A stretch of 64,000 nt of DNA from Cryomorphaceae bacterium (lineage in GTDB: Bacteria > Bacteroidota > Bacteroidia > Flavobacteriales_D > Sanyastnellaceae), in the NCBI GenBank assembly GCA_016124575.1, contig WGNM01000005.1, forward strand, positions 20,118 to 84,117. Reading direction: 5' to 3'. This document shows positions 9,135 to 18,281 of the stretch, piece by piece (the stretch's first letter is position 1; each line of letters starts with the position of its first letter). The notes beneath the pieces were generated by a model. It had not been told where the DNA came from. It ran no database searches and saw only the letters and a list, made by a program, of their open reading frames with translations. A program made the position numbers and the translations under genes.

Positions 9135-10679
9135 ATGAGCTATCTGAAGGAGGAGTTGTATGCCCTCGTGAAAGAGGATGCTTTTATTTTTGATTTTATT
9201 CAAGAATCTGCTCTAGACGGTTTGTGGTATTGGGATCTGACAAATCCAGATGAGGAGTGGATGAATGCGCGGTTTTGGAAAACCTTGGGGTACGACCCAG
9301 ATAAGATGCCGCATAAAGTATCAGCTTGGCAAGACATCATCTTCCAAGAGGACTTGAAAGATGTGCAAGAAAGTGTCTCTAAACATTTCGCTGACCCCAA
9401 TTTTCCATATGATACTGTGGTGCGCTACAAACATGCCGATGGAAGAACGGTTTGGATAAGATGCAAAGGAATGGCCATCCGCGATGAAGCGGGAAAACCA
9501 ATTCGCATGCTGGGCGCTCATATCGATATATCAGCAGAAAAGGAAAACGAAGAACGTCTGAAAGAACGCATCGCGCGATATGACCATATTTTTAAGGGCA
9601 CAGACTTGGGCACTTGGGAGTGGGATATGATTTCAGGAGTATCAATTTTCAACGAGCGGTGGGCCAATATGATTGGTTATACGCTCGCTGAACTTGGTCC
9701 GCTTACCGAATCTACCTGGGCAAGTCTTGTGCATCCCGATGATATGAAATTGGCGAATGATGCGGTGCAAAGATATCTGGAAGGCAAAGCAGATATTTAT
9801 GAATGTGAGGTCAGGATGCGACATAAAAACGGAAGCTGGGTTTGGGTTTCTGTGAATGGAAGAGTTGTAAGCTCTACAGATGATGGTCGACCTGCCCTTA
9901 TGACGGGCTCTCACCAAGATATTACCCGAAGAAAAGAAAGTGAGCTGCTAGCTGCACAGTCTGAAGCCGAAATCAAATCGCTATTGGATGTTACCCAAGA
10001 GCAAAACGAACGCTTGCTGAGCTTCGCTCACATCGTATCTCACAATCTCCGCTCTCACACGGGTAACCTTACGATGATCATCGATCTCCTCAAAGAACAT
10101 GTTCCGGAAAGCACGCAAAATGAATTTTTCCCGATGATCGAAGCTGCGTGCGGAAATCTGTCTGAAACTGTAAAACATTTGAGCGATGTGGTTGTCCTCA
10201 ATACTTCTATGGCTGAAAACCTCGAACCTCTGCATTTGAGTTCGTTCGTTGAAAACGCCATTGCAACGCTAAAGGGTCTCGAGGTTTCGTTCGATTTTTC
10301 TATAGAGAACAAGGTTGATAAAAATCTGAATGTCTTAGCCGTACCTGCCTATCTCGATAGCATTGTCCTCAATCTGCTCACGAACGCAGTTAAATACCGA
10401 TCTGAAAAAAGAAACTTGTGCGTAAAAATTGAAACAGAAATTCAAGACGGTATGGCTGTGTTTAAGGTGAAAGACAACGGACTTGGGATTGATATGAAAT
10501 ACCACGGCGCGAAGATTTTCGGCATGTTCAAAACCTTTCACGGAAATCCTGATGCCAGAGGTGTTGGTTTGTTCCTGACGAAAAGCCAGGCGATGTCGAT
10601 GGGTGGAAGGGTAGAAGTGGAAAGCGAATTAGATAAGGGAAGTATTTTCTCCGTATACTTGAAACATGGCAAGAATTAA
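9135..10679 (+). CDS. Cytoplasmic PAS/PAC sensor histidine kinase
   Basis: Two PAS/PAC modules (W..RF...LGY, VRYKHADGRTVW; RMRHKNGSWVW), an H-box (FAHIVSHNLRSH) and HATPase N/G boxes (LLTNAVKY, DNGLGID, GVGLFL). No TM segment is visible. Confidence 0.9.
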   Translation: MSYLKEELYALVKEDAFIFDFIQESALDGLWYWDLTNPDEEWMNARFWKTLGYDPDKMPHKVSAWQDIIFQEDLKDVQESVSKHFADPNFPYDTVVRYKHADGRTVWIRCKGMAIRDEAGKPIRMLGAHIDISAEKENEERLKERIARYDHIFKGTDLGTWEWDMISGVSIFNERWANMIGYTLAELGPLTESTWASLVHPDDMKLANDAVQRYLEGKADIYECEVRMRHKNGSWVWVSVNGRVVSSTDDGRPALMTGSHQDITRRKESELLAAQSEAEIKSLLDVTQEQNERLLSFAHIVSHNLRSHTGNLTMIIDLLKEHVPESTQNEFFPMIEAACGNLSETVKHLSDVVVLNTSMAENLEPLHLSSFVENAIATLKGLEVSFDFSIENKVDKNLNVLAVPAYLDSIVLNLLTNAVKYRSEKRNLCVKIETEIQDGMAVFKVKDNGLGIDMKYHGAKIFGMFKTFHGNPDARGVGLFLTKSQAMSMGGRVEVESELDKGSIFSVYLKHGKN

Positions 10680-11061
10680 TAAGGCATGCATCATTGATGA
10701 CGATTCAATCTTTCTTTTCGGTGCCAAAAGAATGATCGAATCTACTTCTTTCTGCGATGAACTCTTGGTTTATAGAAATGGGAGGGAAGCGCTGGATTCC
10801 TTAAATGCAATGGCAAAAGAAGAAATAGAATTGCCTTCAGTAATTTTCCTAGACATCAATATGCCTGTCCTCGATGGTTGGCAATTTCTCGAAGAATTCG
10901 AGAAAATTATGAATGAGAAAATCATAAACATCTTTATCCTGTCTTCTTCTATCGATCCCCAAGATCTCAAGAAAGCCGAACTTTTTGAATCGATTCGTGA
11001 GTTTATTCACAAGCCTATTCGATATAGTGATCTGGCAAAGGTGAAAGAGATGGTGGACTAA
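10666..11061 (+). CDS. Stand-alone response-regulator receiver protein
   Basis: 131 aa with CheY-like motifs (IIDDD ... FLDINMP ... SSS ... KP). It overlaps the kinase gene by 14 nt. Confidence 0.88.
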   Translation: MARINKACIIDDDSIFLFGAKRMIESTSFCDELLVYRNGREALDSLNAMAKEEIELPSVIFLDINMPVLDGWQFLEEFEKIMNEKIINIFILSSSIDPQDLKKAELFESIREFIHKPIRYSDLAKVKEMVD

Positions 11062-11125
11062 TTTGCCGCGGTCTTACAGCTATTATTCTGGTTTTCCGTA
11101 TCTTTAGAGCTACCTAAATCAGATT

Positions 11126-13456
11126 ATGCGACCTTTTTACAAACTTCTAGCTACCCTTTTTCTCCTTTTCCCATTTATAGCTGATGCTCAATCTCCTTGT
11201 GTAGATGGGTTGGCAGCAGGTGTTTATCCTTGCGAAAATGTCGACATGTACGCATTTTTGGGGATACCTGACCTAGGCGGCGGAAACATCGAATTCAATG
11301 ATATTTGGGGGTGGACCGATCCGCTGGATGGCAAAGAATATGTCTTACTGGGAAAAACAAATGGGACGGCTTTTGTCGATATTTCTGATCCTTTAAACCC
11401 TGTTTATCTGGGTTCCCTACCAACACACACGGTAAGTAGCATCTGGCGCGATATTAAGGTGTATGGTAACTACGCTTTCATCGTTTCTGAAGCGTCAAAC
11501 CATGGTATGCAGGTGTTCGATCTAACACGTCTGCGAAACATTGCAGCGCCACCAGTGGCTTTTACAGAAGATGCTCACTATGCGGGATTCGGTAGAGCGC
11601 ACAACATTGTTATCAACGAGGCTGTTGGATTGGCTTACGGTGTGGGAACGAATACGTTCTCTGGTGGACTTCACATCGTAAATATTAGCAATCCGCTATT
11701 GCCCGCTTTTGCTGGTGATTTCGCTGCTGATGGTTATACGCACGATGCGCAAGTGGTAACTTACGCAGGTCCTGATGCTACCCACGTTGGAAAAGAAATC
11801 GCCTTTTGTAGCAACGAAAACACGCTGACTATTGTCGATGTAAATGATCCTACAGATTGTCAACAACTGTCGCGCATCGGTTATCCAAACGTAGCATACG
11901 CTCACCAAGGTTGGCTAACAGAAGATCAACAGTACTTTATACTGGGTGATGAAATCGATGAGACAAGTTCGGCATTCAACACACGATCGCTGATTTGGAA
12001 TGTGCAAGATCTTGATAATCCTGTTTTGATAGGTGAATACTTTTCTTCTATCGCTGCTATAGATCACAACATGTACACCAAAGGTAATTTGGTATATCAA
12101 TCAAACTACCGCGGAGGTTTGCGGATACTCGATGATCAAAATATTGCATCTGCTTCGCTGTCTGAAGTGGCCTATTTTGATGTCTACCCTGCAAGTAACT
12201 CTGCCGCTTACAACGGCAGCTGGTCAAACTACCCGTATTTCAGCTCGGGCATCGTTGCTGTGAGTCATATCGAAGAGGGCTTGTTCCTGCTCAAACCGCA
12301 ATTCATTAATGCGTCTTCAACGGCTCCTTTTTTCTGTGCGGATGCAACAGCAGTAGTGGATGTGACGGTAGAAGTTGGATTTGTTGGATCTGTAAACCTG
12401 TCGGTAGTAAGCGGTTTGCCCGCTGGAGCTGTGGCGTCATTCTCCCAAAACAATGTGAACCCTGGAACCTACCAATTGTCTATTTCTAACCTGCCAAATG
12501 TATCGCAAACGCTCTCGTTGATGATTGAAGGGGCAGGTGCGCTATACACTTACAGAAATTCGGTAGATGTCTTGATTCTGGATTGTGGGGTTGACCTTCC
12601 GGGTTGCACCGATGTCAATGCATCGAACTATGACCCTGCAGCAACCATCGACGATGGATCGTGTATTTTCCCGTGTATAGATATAACGCTCGAAATACTG
12701 ACCGACTGTTGGGGCGAAGAGGTTAGCTGGACGTTGACAGATGATCTTGGCACGGTGGTGGCCTCGGTGGCTGCTAATACACTGGCAGATCAAACGCTAT
12801 TTCAATGGTCTTACTGCCTCGAACCGGGCTGCTACAACTGGAACATTTCGGATGCTTTCGGTGATGGTCTATCTGGTATCGCATCGGGCTGCGCTATCGA
12901 CGGAAATTACCGTGTGTTTGATGCCAATGGTGTCGATATTGTCATCATGCCAACCGCGGCATACGGAACTGGTGTTGTTGAGCCTTTCTGCCTGACGCTG
13001 CCTGTCCTCGGTTGCACCGATGTTATAGCTTGTAACTATAACGCTGCCGCTGATACCGATGATGGCTCTTGTAATTTCGCGATTACGTATTACGCTGACG
13101 CGGATGGTGATGGTTTTGGTGATGCTGCAACTTCTTTGTCGCTGTGCACGCCAATTGCTGGATATGTGATGGATAACACAGATTGCGACGATTCCCGCGA
13201 TGATGTGTACCCTGGAGCTAACGGTACTCAAGAAGGTATAGACAACAACTGCGATGGGAACATCGTTGGCGATGAGTTAACATCTTGTCCGGGCGACTTC
13301 AATAGTGATGGTGTCCGAAATGTCGCCGATTTCCTGCAACTGCTTGGTGAATTTAGCTGCAACTCAGGTTGTACCACCGATTTGAATTCTGATGGCGTAG
13401 TAAACGCTACGGATGTGCTGGTTTTCTTAAGCTTCTTTGGTACGCCTTGTCCTTAA
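11126..13456 (+). CDS. Secreted choice-of-anchor-B / LVIVD-repeat protein with Cys-bounded repeat modules, a MopE-like metal-binding motif and a dockerin-like C-terminus
   Basis: It has a signal peptide. The N-terminal region (CVDGLAAGVYPCENVDMY ... NDIWGWTD ... WRDIKVY ... HGMQVFDL) is typical of the choice-of-anchor B family. Later come two GCTDV..NY..A..DDGSC modules, the motif DADGDGFGD...DCDD..DDVYPGA.E..DNNCDG, and two DxNxDGxxNxxD dockerin-like repeats. Confidence 0.8.
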   Translation: MRPFYKLLATLFLLFPFIADAQSPCVDGLAAGVYPCENVDMYAFLGIPDLGGGNIEFNDIWGWTDPLDGKEYVLLGKTNGTAFVDISDPLNPVYLGSLPTHTVSSIWRDIKVYGNYAFIVSEASNHGMQVFDLTRLRNIAAPPVAFTEDAHYAGFGRAHNIVINEAVGLAYGVGTNTFSGGLHIVNISNPLLPAFAGDFAADGYTHDAQVVTYAGPDATHVGKEIAFCSNENTLTIVDVNDPTDCQQLSRIGYPNVAYAHQGWLTEDQQYFILGDEIDETSSAFNTRSLIWNVQDLDNPVLIGEYFSSIAAIDHNMYTKGNLVYQSNYRGGLRILDDQNIASASLSEVAYFDVYPASNSAAYNGSWSNYPYFSSGIVAVSHIEEGLFLLKPQFINASSTAPFFCADATAVVDVTVEVGFVGSVNLSVVSGLPAGAVASFSQNNVNPGTYQLSISNLPNVSQTLSLMIEGAGALYTYRNSVDVLILDCGVDLPGCTDVNASNYDPAATIDDGSCIFPCIDITLEILTDCWGEEVSWTLTDDLGTVVASVAANTLADQTLFQWSYCLEPGCYNWNISDAFGDGLSGIASGCAIDGNYRVFDANGVDIVIMPTAAYGTGVVEPFCLTLPVLGCTDVIACNYNAAADTDDGSCNFAITYYADADGDGFGDAATSLSLCTPIAGYVMDNTDCDDSRDDVYPGANGTQEGIDNNCDGNIVGDELTSCPGDFNSDGVRNVADFLQLLGEFSCNSGCTTDLNSDGVVNATDVLVFLSFFGTPCP

Positions 13457-13469
13457 TGTCAATGGTGAA

Positions 13470-15356
13470 TCAAGGTTTACTTACCTCTTCTTCAAGCAGC
13501 TGCTTGTGATATAATTCGGCGTATGCACCACCAAGTTCTATGAGTTCTTGGTGTGTGCCTGCCTCCGATACCTTGCCCTGATCGATCATGATGATGTGGT
13601 CAGCATGCTTTATCGAGCTCACGCGGTGACTGATAATAAGCGAGGTGCGATTGGCCATGATACGCTTCAAATTGTTTAAAATGGCCTCTTCGGTTTCAGT
13701 ATCAACGGCTGATAAACAGTCGTCGAAAAGCAAAATCATCGGTTTCTTGATGATGGCGCGTGCAATCGAAATTCGCTGTTTTTGTCCGCCAGATAAATTG
13801 ATGCCTCGCTCACCCAATAGGGTGTCGTACTGCTTCGGAAACTGCATGATGTTGTCGTGAACACAGGCGTCTTTGGCAGCGGCATGAACTGTCTGGTCGT
13901 CAGCACTGTCTAAGCCAAAGGCTATGTTGTTTCGTATGCTCTCAGAAAATAAGAATACTTCTTGTGGAACGTAGCCAAGCTCTCTTCGAATCTGATACAA
14001 GTTGTGCTCTGGCAATGGCTTTCCGTCCAATAATATCTCTCCCTCTGTGGGGTCGTATTGCCGGGCAATGAGGTTGGCTATGGTCGACTTGCCACTGCCT
14101 GTGCGGCCAATAATGGCCATGGTTTTACCTGCTTCGAGGTCAAACGACAAGCCTTTCAAGGCCTGGATGCCCGAATCGGGATATCTAAAACCTACATTTC
14201 TGAATGAAAGCGCTCCACGTAACTCTTCTTCCTTGGGGTTGGTATTCTGTATCTCTGGCTCTTGACGTAAGAATTCGTTGATGCGCTCTTGGGAGGCTTC
14301 TGCTTTTTGGACAAGCGATGTGACCCAACCAACAGAGGCAAAGGGCCAGGTGAGGAGGTTGACGAAGAAAATGAACTCGAAAACTTGTCCGATATTCATC
14401 TCGCCAGATATCACCTTCATTCCTCCTATGTAGATGGTTAAAATGGTGCTCAATCCAACCAATAGAACAATTATTGGCATGAACAAGGCGTCAACTTTTA
14501 CTTGGGCCAGGGCTTTCTCTTTATATAGGTCCGACTCCGCACTGAAATTGTCCTGACTATACTGCTCGCGATGATAGGCTTTTAAAACGCGTATTCCCGA
14601 AATAGACTCTTGGACAAGGGTGCTCAAATGCGATTGCTGACGTTGTACTTCCTCACTGCGTTTGTTCATGAGGTTGCTGACGTAGTAGATGGAAACCGAC
14701 ATAAAGGGTAAAGGAAGGAGCACGTAAAGTGTGAGTTCAACATCTATGCGAAGCATGAAGATGACCACCAAGACGATCATTACAGCCAGGTTCAAGGTGT
14801 ACATAACGGCCGGACCCAAATACATGCGCACTTTGCTCACGTCTTCACTGATCCGGTTCATCAAATCACCGGTGTTGTTGCGCTTGTAAAAGGCCATGCT
14901 CAACCGCTGATAATGGTCGTAGATTTCGTTTTTTTGATCAAACTCGATGAGGCGCGACATGACGATGATGGTCTGCCGGGTCATAAACAAAAACACGCCT
15001 TTGATGAGGTAAATGATAATATACAACACGGCTAACACGATGGAAAGCATGATAACGGCTTTCGAAATCTGTTCGGGTGTTTGCAAATTCTGGGTCGATC
15101 GTATGTCGAACGCCAGATTCCGCGATATCCACTGAATACTTGCCGGCAAGGCGATGTCTTTGCCTACATAGGCTTCGGGGTCATCAATGTGCTGAAAATA
15201 GACTTCGTTGGCCTCATTTAACATGTTCACGCCTTCGCCAATAAGAACCGGTGAATACACTCCGAAAATATTGGTCAAAATAATGAAGACAATGCCGAGC
15301 AATAAGCGCCATCGGTACTTCCAGAAATATTTATTTAAACTGAATAATGCGCGCAT
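13470..15356 (-). CDS. ABC transporter, fused permease/ATP-binding exporter (MsbA/ABCB-like)
   Basis: 628 aa with a six-TM exporter domain, then Walker A (GRTGSGKST), the signature LSGGQKQR and Walker B (ILLFDD). Confidence 0.92.
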   Translation of the reverse strand: MRALFSLNKYFWKYRWRLLLGIVFIILTNIFGVYSPVLIGEGVNMLNEANEVYFQHIDDPEAYVGKDIALPASIQWISRNLAFDIRSTQNLQTPEQISKAVIMLSIVLAVLYIIIYLIKGVFLFMTRQTIIVMSRLIEFDQKNEIYDHYQRLSMAFYKRNNTGDLMNRISEDVSKVRMYLGPAVMYTLNLAVMIVLVVIFMLRIDVELTLYVLLPLPFMSVSIYYVSNLMNKRSEEVQRQQSHLSTLVQESISGIRVLKAYHREQYSQDNFSAESDLYKEKALAQVKVDALFMPIIVLLVGLSTILTIYIGGMKVISGEMNIGQVFEFIFFVNLLTWPFASVGWVTSLVQKAEASQERINEFLRQEPEIQNTNPKEEELRGALSFRNVGFRYPDSGIQALKGLSFDLEAGKTMAIIGRTGSGKSTIANLIARQYDPTEGEILLDGKPLPEHNLYQIRRELGYVPQEVFLFSESIRNNIAFGLDSADDQTVHAAAKDACVHDNIMQFPKQYDTLLGERGINLSGGQKQRISIARAIIKKPMILLFDDCLSAVDTETEEAILNNLKRIMANRTSLIISHRVSSIKHADHIIMIDQGKVSEAGTHQELIELGGAYAELYHKQLLEEEVSKP

Positions 15357-15357
15357 T

Positions 15358-17760
15358 CTAAAATTGGAAATTCCAGGTTATGGATGGTAAAATTGGAAAA
15401 AGACTCACTTGGTAAGCCTTTATCTGCAAGGTCCCTTCACTCAAGTTTCCAGAATTCCCGAAGTAAATGAAGTATGGATTTTTGCGGTTGTATAGGTTGT
15501 AAATTGAATATACCCAGTGATTGGTAATCTTACGCGATTTATCGCCTCTTCTGGCGGCTCGCGCTGCTGGCGGGTAGTAGGTCAATGCTATGTCGGCTCT
15601 GTGAAATGGGGCCATGCGGAAACTGTTGCGCTCGCCGTAGATGTCGACAACGCGGCCCTCATAAAAGTAACGTTCTACAGGTAAGGTAATGGCGTTGCCT
15701 GTGGCATATACAAAGGTGCCGCCCAAGGTGAATTTCTCTTTTATGTCGTAACTCAATACTACACTCAAATCATGTCGTCTGTCGAACTTGGCTGGGTAAG
15801 AATTGCCAAAATTCAAATCCTCAAAGGTGCGTGTGGTCTTGCTCCAGGTATAACCTATCCAGCCGTTGAACTTGCCTCTCGACTTCTTTAAGAAGAATTC
15901 TACTCCGTAAGATGTGCCATCCCCAAACACGAGTTGGTTGTCGGTGTTGTTGTTCAGATTGTTCTCAGGTGCTGCTCCTTCAGCATACTCAACGAGGTTG
16001 CGCATGTCTTTGTAGTACCCTTCAACCGATGCCTCATATTCACCTCCCAATATGTCTCTGAAATACCCGAGGTTGTATTGTATACCAAACTGTGGATTGA
16101 CACGGTCGGTGCTGGGCAACCATACATCTGTTGGCAATGATGTTTGCGACAACGATGCGAGGTGAACGTACTGGTAGTTATGGGTGTAACCTGCTTTTAA
16201 TGATGAGCGTTCGTTTAGTCGATAGCGCACATTAATTCGTGGCTCCCAACCTCCATATTGCTTTACTTTTTGTCCTTTGCTGTACGTTTTTGTCTCTGGC
16301 TCCGAGGCAGCACTCAATAAATCATCTTCCTCAAAAGTATATCTGGTAAACGGACCTACGTGTATGAATGTGGAATAGCGCAACCCTGCATTCACGCGCA
16401 ATTGATCGGTGATGTCGAATTGATCCATTATGTAAACTGCAACTTCGTGACTTAACAGGGGTGGCTCATTGCCCAAATCGAACTCGGTATCACCGCTGCT
16501 AGCGGTCGCCTGACTGGGTGAGAAGGTGTGGAAAATATATTCGGTGCCTCCCTGTACTTGATGTCTGTAGTTGGAGTACCATGAAAAACTTGTCTTGGCA
16601 CTCCAATCTTGGATGCCCGAATTCAACGCAAACGAAAACTGTTCTTGCGATCCCTCAAATGCAAAGCGATAGTCGGTGTATGAAACGGTGGTGTTCATGA
16701 ACAACTTATCCGAAAATAGGTGGTTCCAACGAAATGTGCCAATGGCATTTCCCCACGGTATCCTAGCACCAAAACCAACTGTTTTGCTCTGGAAGTTGAA
16801 AACGTCGCGGCCAAAATATCCGCTGACATACAACCTGTCTTTGTCTGAAATCCGATAGTTCAATTTCATGTTCAAGTCGTAAAAGAAATACGACGATCCT
16901 GAAAAATTCGATCCTTCGTTGACGAAGGGCTTCACCAAAACGTCGATGTACGTCCGCCTGAAACTGACAATAAAGCTAGAGGTGTCTTTTTTTATGGGGC
17001 CCTGTATGGTAAGTCTTGAACTGATCAAGCCAATGCCTCCGTCTACTTTAAACTCTTTGCTATTCCCTTCCTTCAAACTGATGTCGAGCACCGATGAAAC
17101 GCGTCCGCCAAAACTGGCGGGCATGCCGCCTTTGATAATCTCAACACCTTTTATGGCGTCGGCGTTGAAAACAGAGAAGAATCCAAAAAGGTGTGAGGCG
17201 TTGTAAACGGTGGTGTTGTCGAGCAAGATGAGGTTTTGGTCAGGACCGCCGCCGCGGACGTAAAATCCGGAGTTGCCTTCTCCGGCAGATTGTACACCGG
17301 GTAAAAATTGTATGGTTTTTAAAACGTCTATCTCGCCCAAAAATGCAGGTAAACTTTTTATGCTCTCTACCGATAAATCTACACGCCCCATGTTGGTGCT
17401 CTCAGTATTCTCACCCTTGGCCCCGATAATTTCAACCTCTGGACCCATGATGACGTTGGTCGACAACTCTACCGATAGGGAAAGATCGATGTTTAGTAAT
17501 ATGCTGTTTTTGTAAGTTTTATATCCTACCGATGTAATCTCCAGTGTGTATTCTCCTACAGGCGCCGTGAGCGAATAAAATCCTTGCGTATTGGTGGGTA
17601 CACCACGCATCAATTCTTTGATGACAACACTGGCTCCTACTATGTCTTCTCCAGTTTCAGCATCTCTCACATACCCACTCAAGGTGGCGTTTTGCCCGAA
17701 AGCAATTTGAGTTGCCGAAAAAAAGACAAGGAGTAACAGGTATTTCTGGTGTAAATTCAT
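15358..17760 (-). CDS. TonB-dependent receptor with an N-terminal CarboxypepD_reg domain
   Basis: Start chosen at MNLHQKYLLLLVFFSATQIAFGQ (signal peptide). A carboxypeptidase-regulatory fold (LSGYVRDAETGEDIVGASV) is followed by a plug and a beta-barrel ending in an aromatic residue (TWNFQF). Only 1 nt separates it from the downstream ABC gene. Confidence 0.88.
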   Translation of the reverse strand: MNLHQKYLLLLVFFSATQIAFGQNATLSGYVRDAETGEDIVGASVVIKELMRGVPTNTQGFYSLTAPVGEYTLEITSVGYKTYKNSILLNIDLSLSVELSTNVIMGPEVEIIGAKGENTESTNMGRVDLSVESIKSLPAFLGEIDVLKTIQFLPGVQSAGEGNSGFYVRGGGPDQNLILLDNTTVYNASHLFGFFSVFNADAIKGVEIIKGGMPASFGGRVSSVLDISLKEGNSKEFKVDGGIGLISSRLTIQGPIKKDTSSFIVSFRRTYIDVLVKPFVNEGSNFSGSSYFFYDLNMKLNYRISDKDRLYVSGYFGRDVFNFQSKTVGFGARIPWGNAIGTFRWNHLFSDKLFMNTTVSYTDYRFAFEGSQEQFSFALNSGIQDWSAKTSFSWYSNYRHQVQGGTEYIFHTFSPSQATASSGDTEFDLGNEPPLLSHEVAVYIMDQFDITDQLRVNAGLRYSTFIHVGPFTRYTFEEDDLLSAASEPETKTYSKGQKVKQYGGWEPRINVRYRLNERSSLKAGYTHNYQYVHLASLSQTSLPTDVWLPSTDRVNPQFGIQYNLGYFRDILGGEYEASVEGYYKDMRNLVEYAEGAAPENNLNNNTDNQLVFGDGTSYGVEFFLKKSRGKFNGWIGYTWSKTTRTFEDLNFGNSYPAKFDRRHDLSVVLSYDIKEKFTLGGTFVYATGNAITLPVERYFYEGRVVDIYGERNSFRMAPFHRADIALTYYPPAARAARRGDKSRKITNHWVYSIYNLYNRKNPYFIYFGNSGNLSEGTLQIKAYQVSLFPILPSITWNFQF

Positions 17761-17873
17761 GGCTGAAACGTGCACAAAGGTACTACTTGTTTCTGCGTCA
17801 CTTTGAAAAAAATCGTGAAGATGTAACCCAATTGAAAATTCTACGTATCGCATAACATTGAATACCGAAATCT

Positions 17874-18281
17874 ATGAAATACTTGGTCTTTAGTTTTATG
17901 ATGTTGTTAGGAGCTGTTGGTGTAGAGGCACAAGATGTTGCATATCTAAATGGTCAATTGCAGGAGGTGAAAAAACGCGAGGCTGAATTTATCCGCGAAC
18001 TCACTGAATTTGCTCCTGATAAATTCTCAGCACGGGTTGTCGATATGAAGGGCAAAGTGAAATTCGAGGGGATTTATAACATGATCGAAGGGAAGATGTA
18101 CGAACAAGGTGAGTTTATTTTCTATCACCCTAACGGAAAAATTGAATCGCGCGGTTTCTATGAATATGGCGTGAAAACAGGCACTTGGGAGAGGTATGAT
18201 GCTGTGGGCAATAAGAAAGCCGACAAATATTACAATCCTGAATCAGCCGCTCTCATCCGCTCTGCGATGAAAAAGCAGTAA
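17874..18281 (+). CDS. Secreted MORN-repeat-variant (YwqK-like) protein
   Basis: Signal peptide, then G..Y..G...G.W..Y type repeats (EGIYNMIEGKMYEQGEFIFYHPNGKIESRGFYEYGVKTGTWERYD). Confidence 0.55.
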   Translation: MKYLVFSFMMLLGAVGVEAQDVAYLNGQLQEVKKREAEFIRELTEFAPDKFSARVVDMKGKVKFEGIYNMIEGKMYEQGEFIFYHPNGKIESRGFYEYGVKTGTWERYDAVGNKKADKYYNPESAALIRSAMKKQ

